Below, one piece after another: positions 56,786 to 64,000 of a DNA stretch of 64,000 nt (the first letter of the stretch is position 1; each line of letters starts with the position of its first letter). The position numbers were made by a program, and so were the translations under genes. Below the pieces are notes generated by a model. That model worked only from the letters and a program-made list of their open reading frames with translations. It had not been told where the DNA came from and did not search any database. This stretch comes from an uncultured Alphaproteobacteria bacterium (GTDB lineage: Bacteria; Pseudomonadota; Alphaproteobacteria; RF32; CAG-239), in assembly GCA_944391315.1 (NCBI GenBank), contig CALXTD010000003.1, positions 286 to 64,285 of the forward strand. Reading direction: 5' to 3'.

Positions 56786-57814
56786 ATGAGAGCATTAAAA
56801 TACATTTCAATAGCATTGGGAATAATCTTGTTATTTTATGTGGCAGAACAGGGGAAAAAAGAAAAATTTCTGGGGCTTCATGGCCAAACCATGGGAACCT
56901 TTTATAATATAAAAATAAGAACAGATAAAAATATAAATCAACCAGAGCTAAAACAAAAAATAGAGCAAGAGCTTGCCAAAATAAACCAGCAAATGTCTGT
57001 GTTTATTAAAGATTCTGAAATAAATAAAATAAACGCTCTACCGCCGCAAAATAAAATCTCTCTGTCGGCGGAAATGGGAACGGTGCTCCGCTCAGCTCAA
57101 AAAATATATAACCAAACACAAGGCGCGTTTGATCCGACGGTAGAACCTTTGATAGAGCTCTGGGGCTTTGGCAAAGAAAGAAATAAGCCCATTCCCTCTA
57201 ATGAGGAAATCCGCCAAGCCTTATCAAAAGTCGGCCTTAAATATATAAAAATCAATACGAACGGAACAGAGCTCATAAAGCAAAAACAAGATTTATCGCT
57301 CAACTTGTCTGCCATTGCCAAAGGTTATGGTGTTGATAGATTAGCGCAGGTATTGCAGCAAGAAGGAATAAATAATTTTATTGTCGAAATCGGCGGAGAA
57401 ATCAAGACATCAGGCACCAAAACCACCGCAGGAGAAGATTGGAACATCGCGCTTGATGTTCCGACATCAACCGAAGGAATTGTATTAAATCTTAATGGTA
57501 ATGCCGTTGCAACCTCCGGTAATTATCGCAATTTTTATAAAAATAAAGACAAAATATATGGCCACACCATTTCTCCCCAAACCGGATATCCTGCTGAAAA
57601 TCCATTAATCTCGGCAACGGTAATTTCTCCAAACTGCATGGAGGCAGACGCCTACGCCACGGCATTAATGGTCATGGGCTGGAATGAAGGAAAAAGCTTT
57701 GCCCAAACCCAAAATCTGGCAATTATTTTGCTCAAACAAGGTGAAGAAACCAAAATCGAGAGTTATATTTCTCCTAAAGCTTATAAATATATAAAAGGAC
57801 AACCGCATGACTGA
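56786..57814 (+). CDS. apbE: FAD:protein FMN transferase ApbE
   Basis: 342 aa. GAFDPTV, AIAKGYGVD, ATSGNYRNF...HTISPQTGYP. N-terminal anchor. Confidence 0.88.
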   Translation: MRALKYISIALGIILLFYVAEQGKKEKFLGLHGQTMGTFYNIKIRTDKNINQPELKQKIEQELAKINQQMSVFIKDSEINKINALPPQNKISLSAEMGTVLRSAQKIYNQTQGAFDPTVEPLIELWGFGKERNKPIPSNEEIRQALSKVGLKYIKINTNGTELIKQKQDLSLNLSAIAKGYGVDRLAQVLQQEGINNFIVEIGGEIKTSGTKTTAGEDWNIALDVPTSTEGIVLNLNGNAVATSGNYRNFYKNKDKIYGHTISPQTGYPAENPLISATVISPNCMEADAYATALMVMGWNEGKSFAQTQNLAIILLKQGEETKIESYISPKAYKYIKGQPHD

Positions 57815-58220
57815 AATTGTTCATAAAGGAAAAATCATAAAAATAGAAAAGGATAGGGCCACCGTAGCCGTCAACCGCGGAGAAATGTGCAACCATTGTC
57901 TGGCCAAAGCCAGCTGCCGCCTGTTATCTGAAAACATTCAGCTAATAACTGCAACGATTAATTCTGATGACTCTTTTGAAATTGGTGAAGAAGTCATGAT
58001 CAGTACCGCCGGCCAAACCGGCTGGAAAGCCATATTCTGGTGTTATATCTTGCCGCTTGTCATATTACTACTGGCAGTATTAGGCGGTAATATAGCAAAA
58101 TTAAGTGAAAACAAAACCGCCGTTATCAGCATCTTGGCGGTATTAATCTATTTTCTCGGATTATGGAAATTCAGCAAAAAAATAGAACAAAAGGTGATAT
58201 TTGAAATAGAAAAAATCTAA
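57807..58220 (+). CDS. RseC/MucC-family (SoxR-reducing system) membrane protein
   Basis: 137 aa. N-terminal beta domain with Cys motif (CNHCLAKASC) followed by two TM helices. Overlaps the apbE stop by 8 nt. Confidence 0.7.
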   Translation: MTEIVHKGKIIKIEKDRATVAVNRGEMCNHCLAKASCRLLSENIQLITATINSDDSFEIGEEVMISTAGQTGWKAIFWCYILPLVILLLAVLGGNIAKLSENKTAVISILAVLIYFLGLWKFSKKIEQKVIFEIEKI

Positions 58221-58304
58221 AAACTGGGTGTAATCACAAAAAAATACTTTCGACCCACCGGAATTATTGGTAACGTAATAAAAATTATTTTATAGGAAAA
58301 GAAG

Positions 58305-59144
58305 ATGGATATAATTACATCAAGCATAATCATGTTAGGCGGCATAGCTCTGGCCTCAGGTGTTGTCTTATACTTTGTGTCCAAAAAGTTTTATGTAAAA
58401 GAAGATGCCAAAATATCTGAGGTTGAAAAGCTTCTTCCGGGCGTAAATTGCGGCGCTTGCGGAAAAGCCGGCTGTCATGATTTTGCTAAGGCTTGCAGCA
58501 AAGCTAATGCCGAAGGGTTTAAGCAGTTATATTGCACGGTTGGCGGCAATAAAGTTATGCAAAAGGTTGCAGAGGCCTTAGGCTATCGTCAGGAAGAAAA
58601 AGAAGAAACCGTCGCAGTCCTTCGTTGCCAAGGTACATGCCAAAATGCGCCGTCAAAGTTTGAATACACCGGCTTAAAGAGTTGCCGCTTGGTAGCACAA
58701 ATCTCCACCTCACAAAGCGAATGCCCCTATGGCTGTGTCCGCTTAGGTGACTGCGTTAGTGTGTGTAAATTCGGTGCTTTAAAAATTGACAAAGAACTGG
58801 GCATTCCTGTAGTCGATGAAAACAAATGTGTTTCTTGCGGTGCCTGCGTTGAAATTTGCCCTAAAAAATTATTTGAAATCAGGCCCAAAGGCAAAGACGG
58901 CAAAAGAGTTTATGTTGCTTGCCGTAATCAGCAAAAAGGAGCCATCGCCCGCAAAAATTGCTCAGCCGCATGTATCGGATGCATGAAGTGCACAAAGATT
59001 AATCCGGAAATCAAAGTCGAAAACAACTTGTCATACATTCCAACCTCGGTTGATGCTGAAACTTATGGACAAGAACTGGCCGACAATTGCCCGACCGGTG
59101 CAATTGTTTATACCGGCAGAAAGGAGAAAAAACATGGAGCTTAA
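58305..59144 (+). CDS. rnfB: Rnf complex subunit B (Fe-S)
   Basis: 279 aa. N-terminal TM, CGACGKAGC cluster, several ferredoxin-type CxxCxxCxxxCP motifs. Confidence 0.9.
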   Translation: MDIITSSIIMLGGIALASGVVLYFVSKKFYVKEDAKISEVEKLLPGVNCGACGKAGCHDFAKACSKANAEGFKQLYCTVGGNKVMQKVAEALGYRQEEKEETVAVLRCQGTCQNAPSKFEYTGLKSCRLVAQISTSQSECPYGCVRLGDCVSVCKFGALKIDKELGIPVVDENKCVSCGACVEICPKKLFEIRPKGKDGKRVYVACRNQQKGAIARKNCSAACIGCMKCTKINPEIKVENNLSYIPTSVDAETYGQELADNCPTGAIVYTGRKEKKHGA

Positions 59145-60459
59145 AACCTTTCCCATGGGCGGAATTCATCTCGACAAACATAAAATCACTTCTGACAAGC
59201 CTATCAAAGAGGCCGGCCTGCCGGAAATCGTATATATTCCGATAAAACAACATATCGGTGCTCCGTCAAAAATAAAAGTACAAAAAGGAGATAAAGTTAA
59301 GGTCGGAACCTTGTTGGCCGATGCTGATGGCATTGTCTCGGCAGATGTTCACTCTTCCGTATCCGGAGAAGTCATTAAAATTGAGGATATTGTCGATGCC
59401 GACGCCTATCTTTCAACCATGGTAGTAATCAAGGTAGAAGGCGATGTGTTCGAACCGACAATAGACCAAGGCCCTGAAATCAAAAAAGAAATTACGCTCA
59501 GCGCCGAAGAAATTGTAAAAAAAATCAGAGAATCAGGAATTGTCGGCATGGGCGGCGCCGGTTACCCAACCCCGATAAAGGCCACCATTCCGGAAGGAAA
59601 AAGGGTTAATACGCTGATAGTAAACGGCATTGAATGCGAGGCCTTTTTAACTGCAGATGATAGGTTAATGGTTGAAAGAGCTGAAGAAATTGTCATCGGA
59701 GCCAAAATCTTAAACAAAGCCTTAGGCATTCAAAACGCCATCATCGCAATTGATGAAAACAAGCCCCGCGCCATTGAAATTATGAAAAAAATCACCAGAA
59801 AATACGTCGGCGTTAATGTTCGCGTGTGCGAAAGCAAATATCCCCAAGGCGCAGAAAAACAACTCATAAAAGCCATAACGGGGAGGGAAGTCCCCTCAGG
59901 AAAACTGCCGATTGATGTTCATTGCATTGTTCAAAACGTGGGCACCGTCCATGCGATTTATGAGGCTGTTCAAAAAAATAAACCGCTTTTTGAACGAATT
60001 ATCACGGTAACGGGAGATAATGCGGCAGAAAATCCGCAAAATTTCAGAGCCAGAATAGGAACACCAGCCTCTTTCTTGATTAAACAAGTGACCACACATC
60101 CTGAAAACATCGGAAAAGTCATCTTCGGAGGTGGCATGATGGGCGTTTCTGCTGTTAATATGGATGCACCGGTAACCAAACTAACCTCCGGAATTTTACT
60201 GCTGAATGACGAAGACGCCACCAAACCGCCTGAAACAGCTTGCATTCGTTGCGCCCGCTGTGCAGATTCTTGCCCGATGGGGCTTCGTCCTTTTGCCATT
60301 GCAACAGCAATCCGAAATCACGATAACAAAGAGCTAAAACAGCTTCATATTATGGACTGCATAGAATGTGGCACTTGCTCCTTTATCTGTCCGGCGCGCA
60401 TTCCCTTGCTCGATTATTGCAAATTAGGAAAAATGGAAATCAGAAAACAAAAGAAATAA
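59134..60459 (+). CDS. rnfC: Rnf complex subunit C
   Basis: Start at ATG 59134 (AAGGAG upstream). GMGGAGYPT NADH/FMN-site motif and two 4Fe-4S motifs (CIRCARCADSCP, CIECGTCSFICP). Confidence 0.92.
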   Translation: MELKTFPMGGIHLDKHKITSDKPIKEAGLPEIVYIPIKQHIGAPSKIKVQKGDKVKVGTLLADADGIVSADVHSSVSGEVIKIEDIVDADAYLSTMVVIKVEGDVFEPTIDQGPEIKKEITLSAEEIVKKIRESGIVGMGGAGYPTPIKATIPEGKRVNTLIVNGIECEAFLTADDRLMVERAEEIVIGAKILNKALGIQNAIIAIDENKPRAIEIMKKITRKYVGVNVRVCESKYPQGAEKQLIKAITGREVPSGKLPIDVHCIVQNVGTVHAIYEAVQKNKPLFERIITVTGDNAAENPQNFRARIGTPASFLIKQVTTHPENIGKVIFGGGMMGVSAVNMDAPVTKLTSGILLLNDEDATKPPETACIRCARCADSCPMGLRPFAIATAIRNHDNKELKQLHIMDCIECGTCSFICPARIPLLDYCKLGKMEIRKQKK

Positions 60460-60467
60460 GGTGAAAA

Positions 60468-61445
60468 ATGCTAAAATTATCAACAGCACCCCATCTAAAC
60501 ACCCCAACAACCACCAGAGGCATCATGCTTGACGTGATTATCGCCTTAATGCCGGCTTTGATTGTTGGCCTTTTAGTCTTTGGAATGGGCGCTCTCCAAG
60601 TTGTGATAACCTCAGTGGCCGGTTGCGTGTTGTTTGAATACATAATCTGTCGTTACTTTTTGAAATCAAACCCGACTACCGGAGACTTATCGGCCATTGT
60701 AACCGGATTATTGCTGGCTTTTAATCTTCCGTCCGGCTTTCCGATAAGCTTAACCCTCATCGGTTGCTTTGTTGCCATAGTTATTGCCAAGATGGCATTT
60801 GGCGGAATTGGAAAGAACATTTTCAATCCGGCATTAGTCGGCCGTGTTTTCTTGTTCATCTCTTTTCCGGTGCAAATGACAACCTGGCCCAAGCCCCAAG
60901 CCTTTAACTTTATGAATACGGATATGGAAACCGGTGCCACAACCCTCGGAATTCTAAAACACTTAAAAACAGATGAAACCGCTCAAATGCCTGAACTTCC
61001 AAGCTATTTGAATATGTTTATCGGAAACATCGGCGGCTGTATCGGAGAAGTTTCCGCCTTAGCCATCTTACTTGGTTTTGTTTATATGTTATATCGCCGC
61101 ATTATCAGCTGGCATATACCGGTTTATTATGTCGCAACTTTTATGTTACTGAGTTCAATACACTGGTTACTGACCGGAGAAATCCGTCATGAGCCGTTAA
61201 TTCACTTGCTTTCCGGCGGTCTTATGCTTGGCGCCGTATTTATGGCAACGGATTATACCACCAGTCCAATGTCCAAAAATGGCAGAATAGCATACGCCAT
61301 CGGCTGCGGAATTTTAACTTATGTGATTCGTTTCTATGGCATCTATCCGGAAGGCGTATCCTTTGCTATATTAATAATGAATGCTTTTGTTCCGTTAATA
61401 GACAGCACCTTTATTCCGCGCGTCTTTGGTACAAGGAGAAAATAA
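60468..61445 (+). CDS. rnfD: Rnf complex subunit D
   Basis: 325 aa polytopic NqrB/RnfD-like protein (SAPHL..., GGIGKNIFNPALVGR, TGAT). Confidence 0.92.
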   Translation: MLKLSTAPHLNTPTTTRGIMLDVIIALMPALIVGLLVFGMGALQVVITSVAGCVLFEYIICRYFLKSNPTTGDLSAIVTGLLLAFNLPSGFPISLTLIGCFVAIVIAKMAFGGIGKNIFNPALVGRVFLFISFPVQMTTWPKPQAFNFMNTDMETGATTLGILKHLKTDETAQMPELPSYLNMFIGNIGGCIGEVSALAILLGFVYMLYRRIISWHIPVYYVATFMLLSSIHWLLTGEIRHEPLIHLLSGGLMLGAVFMATDYTTSPMSKNGRIAYAIGCGILTYVIRFYGIYPEGVSFAILIMNAFVPLIDSTFIPRVFGTRRK

Positions 61446-61446
61446 C

Positions 61447-62061
61447 ATGGCAAAAAAAATCAAACAAAAAACAGAAAGCCTGTTTCGACTAACCAGCAGC
61501 TTGGTTATAGTATCCTGCTTATCGGCACTATTGCTGTCTTATGTTTATACCATAACCAAGGCCCCGATAGAACAGTCTAAAAACCAAGCGGAACTCAAAG
61601 CCATAGAAAGCGTTATCGGAAACGACTTTGATAACAATCCATATGAAGACCGCAGAGAAATCACCACTGCTGACGGACAAGCAAAGCTGACCTTCTTCCC
61701 AGGAAAAAAACAAGGAAAGATTAAAAGATTTGCCATAAAAACTTATTCTGACGAAGCCTTTGGCGGCCGCCTTGAAATAATCGTCGGTTTTACGATAAAC
61801 GGAAGAATAATCAATTATGAAGTTTTATCATCAAAAGAAACGCCTGGGTTAGGCACCAAAGTTGCAGAAAACGAGTTTAAAGACCAATTTCAGGGATTAT
61901 CACCAAAGTCAGAAAGCTTTAAAACCAATAAAGACGGTGGCGAGATAGATGCCGTTACTGCGGCCACAATAAGCTCTCGCGCCGTCATAGATGCCATCAA
62001 CCGCGCCTATAACGCTTATGACAAATTAAGCACCGGAGGAAAAAATGGAAAAGACGACTAA
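61447..62061 (+). CDS. rnfG: Rnf complex subunit G (FMN-binding)
   Basis: Start ATG 61447, directly after the rnfD stop. N-terminal anchor. Flavinylation-type motif DAVTAATISS. Confidence 0.88.
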   Translation: MAKKIKQKTESLFRLTSSLVIVSCLSALLLSYVYTITKAPIEQSKNQAELKAIESVIGNDFDNNPYEDRREITTADGQAKLTFFPGKKQGKIKRFAIKTYSDEAFGGRLEIIVGFTINGRIINYEVLSSKETPGLGTKVAENEFKDQFQGLSPKSESFKTNKDGGEIDAVTAATISSRAVIDAINRAYNAYDKLSTGGKNGKDD

Positions 62062-62641
62062 AGAAAACCTAACACGCGGAATTTTCAAAGAAAATCCGAC
62101 TTTAGTTATGTTGCTGGGAATGTGCCCGACCTTAGGTGTCTCAACCTCTGCCATAAATGGCTTAGGCATGGGCATGGCCACATTGTTTGTGCTGATATTA
62201 TCAAACATCGCAATATCAAGTATCAAAAATTTAATTCCAAATGGTGTCAGAATACCTTGCTACATTGTTGTTATTGCATCGTTTGTCAGTGTAATAGATT
62301 TAAGCATGTCAGCTTGGCTGCCAAGTCTGCACGCCGCTTTGGGAATCTATATTCCACTGATTGTTGTAAACTGCATTATTTTAGGCAGAGCAGAGGCTTT
62401 TGCTTCAAAAAACAATGTGTTTCAGTCTATATGTGACGCTATCGGCATGGGAATAGGATTTACCATGTCATTAACTATCCTTGGGGCAATCAGAGAAATA
62501 TTGGGTGCCGGCACAATATTCGGATATCCGATTTTGGGGCTGGATGCAAATCCGATATTGCTGTTTATCATGCCACCGGGAGCCTTTATTGCATTGGCCT
62601 TTATGATTGTCGTATTCAACAAATTACGGGAGGCAAAATAA
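62045..62641 (+). CDS. rnfE: Rnf complex subunit E
   Basis: 198 aa. NPTLVMLLGMCPTLGVSTS, NCIILGRAEAFA (NqrD/RnfE family). Confidence 0.93.
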   Translation: MEKTTKENLTRGIFKENPTLVMLLGMCPTLGVSTSAINGLGMGMATLFVLILSNIAISSIKNLIPNGVRIPCYIVVIASFVSVIDLSMSAWLPSLHAALGIYIPLIVVNCIILGRAEAFASKNNVFQSICDAIGMGIGFTMSLTILGAIREILGAGTIFGYPILGLDANPILLFIMPPGAFIALAFMIVVFNKLREAK

Positions 62642-63216
62642 TGAGTTATATCGGAATATTTATTACCGCAATTTTTGTTAACAACATTATATTGTCACAG
62701 TTTTTGGGAATATGCCCGTTTCTCGGTGTGTCAAAAAAGAAAGAAACTGCCATTGGCATGGGCATTGCTGTCATGTTTGTAATGACCTTAGCCTCAGCTG
62801 TTACGTATTTGATTTATCATAATTTAATTGTTCCGTATCAGTTGGAGTTCATGACCACGGTCGTCTTTATTTTAGTCATTGCTGCATTGGTTCAAATGGT
62901 TGAAATTATTATCAAAAAGACCTCTCCGCTGCTTTATCAGGCTTTGGGAATATTCCTACCGCTGATTACAACGAACTGCGCCGTTCTGGGAATTGCATTG
63001 CTAACAGTTCAAAAAAACATGAACTTTACCGAAACCGTGCTTTATTCTCTGGCAAATGCAATGGGCTTCACCTTAGCGATAGTCTTGTTCTCCGGCATGA
63101 GAGAAAGGCTGTCAAAAGTCAAATTGCCGCAAGCCATACAAGGAGCCCCGATTGCCTTGATTACGGCAGGACTGTTGTCAATGGCCTTTATGGGCTTCAG
63201 CGGAGTAGGGAACTAA
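62641..63216 (+). CDS. rnfA: Rnf complex subunit A
   Basis: 191 aa. NNIILSQFLGICPFLGVS, TTNCAVLGIAL (NqrE/RnfA family). TAATG overlap with rnfE. Confidence 0.93.
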   Translation: MSYIGIFITAIFVNNIILSQFLGICPFLGVSKKKETAIGMGIAVMFVMTLASAVTYLIYHNLIVPYQLEFMTTVVFILVIAALVQMVEIIIKKTSPLLYQALGIFLPLITTNCAVLGIALLTVQKNMNFTETVLYSLANAMGFTLAIVLFSGMRERLSKVKLPQAIQGAPIALITAGLLSMAFMGFSGVGN

Positions 63217-63224
63217 TATCAAAA

Positions 63225-63860
63225 TCAGAGTAATGATTTGATTTTTCTTATAATATCCTCAAACATAGCATAAGTCAAAACGCCGGTATTAATATTATAA
63301 CGAGAGGTATGATAAGAATCCACCAATAAGAGATTATGCTTATCAAGCTTATGAACAGCGCCATGCTTAAACGGAAATGGCGCTTTTTTGTAGCCTAGAA
63401 TTGAAAGAACAGCACCATGAGAAATACTGCCGAGAGAAAGAATTATTTTCAAATTCGGCATATCTCCAATCTCATCAATCAAAAATTTTCCGCAGGTTTT
63501 AACTTCTGCCGGCAGAGGCTTATTTTGTGGCGGAACACAACGTACTGAGTTTGTTACACGGAAGTTAATTAACTCAAAACCATCATCTTTTCGTTTCTGA
63601 TAATCACCACGAGCAAAACCAAATTTTTTCAAAATGGGGTAGAGAACATCACCGGCATAATCATTAGTAAAGGGGCGGGCGGTTTGATTCGCGCCATTAA
63701 GCCCCGGAGCCAGGCCAACAATTAAAACCTCAGCATTAAGGTCACCAAACGGTGGAACCGGACCATTATAATAATGAGGGAATTTCAATCTATTAGCTGC
63801 ACGAAATTCACACAGGCGAGGGCATAAAGGACAATCTCTGTCAGGGCAATTAAAAGTCAT
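63225..63860 (-). CDS. Uracil-DNA glycosylase superfamily protein, Fe-S family 4/5-like
   Basis: 211 aa. N-terminal Cys cluster (CPDRDCPLCPRLC), motif A-like GLAPGLNGANQTARPFT, motif B-like SYHTSRYN. Confidence 0.82.
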   Translation of the reverse strand: MTFNCPDRDCPLCPRLCEFRAANRLKFPHYYNGPVPPFGDLNAEVLIVGLAPGLNGANQTARPFTNDYAGDVLYPILKKFGFARGDYQKRKDDGFELINFRVTNSVRCVPPQNKPLPAEVKTCGKFLIDEIGDMPNLKIILSLGSISHGAVLSILGYKKAPFPFKHGAVHKLDKHNLLLVDSYHTSRYNINTGVLTYAMFEDIIRKIKSLL

Positions 63861-64000
63861 GATACATTCTCCAAATAAATTTTCTTTAATTTATTACAAA
63901 AAAAATCAAATTGCACCCTTTAATTTCAAAATAAACATATTAAATCAAGTGCGGTTAAATAAAAAATATGGAGCTAAAATATGAAAAAATTTTTTCTGTT

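Noticed and set aside
4760-61446. N-terminal extensions of track ORFs (starts at 4760, 6597, 6521, 16370, 24884, 29359, 33522, 51631, 59050, 61426)
   Set aside because: Downstream ATGs give canonical N-termini or signal peptides with purine-rich RBS-like sequence. The long versions start at GTG/TTG, overlap the upstream gene or a terminator, or bury the signal peptide.
63968-64000. Start of a plus-strand gene at the right edge (ATG 63981, MKKFFL..., TGGAG 7 nt upstream)
   Set aside because: Only about 7 codons are visible, too little to call.
1-64000. CRISPR arrays, IS elements or transposases, prophage genes, toxin-antitoxin pairs, rRNA
   Set aside because: No regularly spaced repeats, transposase or integrase motifs, or phage structural genes appear in any frame or intergenic gap. 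The largest non-coding gaps are under 300 nt.

Overview
This 64-kb chromosomal segment is almost entirely coding: about 65 protein genes, one tRNA-Lys(CTT), and no rRNA, CRISPR array, transposase or integrase that I could see. All calls come from motif and architecture recognition in the supplied translations plus manual reading of the DNA. No database search was run. The organism looks like a moderately AT-rich alphaproteobacterium. Evidence is an alphaproteobacterial-type Hfq, a dusB-trkA-hfq-hflX block, a MlaD-DUF2155 block and an alphaproteobacterial-type RecO N-terminus. An apbE-rseC-rnfBCDGEA operon suggests an anaerobic or host-associated lifestyle. The housekeeping backbone is gyrA, gltX, mrcA, prfB (programmed +1 frameshift), clpP-clpX, ppiD, tpiA-secG-pyrG, kdsA-recO-parC, dusB-trkA-hfq-hflX, guaD and a family-4/5 UDG. 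Envelope and lipid-trafficking genes are frequent: MlaC-like, a YhdP/AsmA-like giant, PagP, two tandem MlaD paralogues and a small AsmA-like protein. Five loci stand out. (1) A lone, clearly AT-richer ~1260-aa DEAH/RHA-type helicase with a ~650-aa unrecognisable C-terminal extension sits between terminators where lon normally follows clpX. (2) A 1319-aa membrane-anchored coiled-coil giant is translationally coupled to a 187-aa unknown and to dusB-trkA. (3) The prfB frameshift site reads GUU UGA C rather than CUU UGA C. (4) A PagP homologue is followed by a terminator-insulated orphan gene. (5) A gldA/F/G-like ABC-2 operon plus DUF4340 ends in a sensor-less histidine kinase. Whether any of these is a truly undescribed system cannot be decided from sequence alone.
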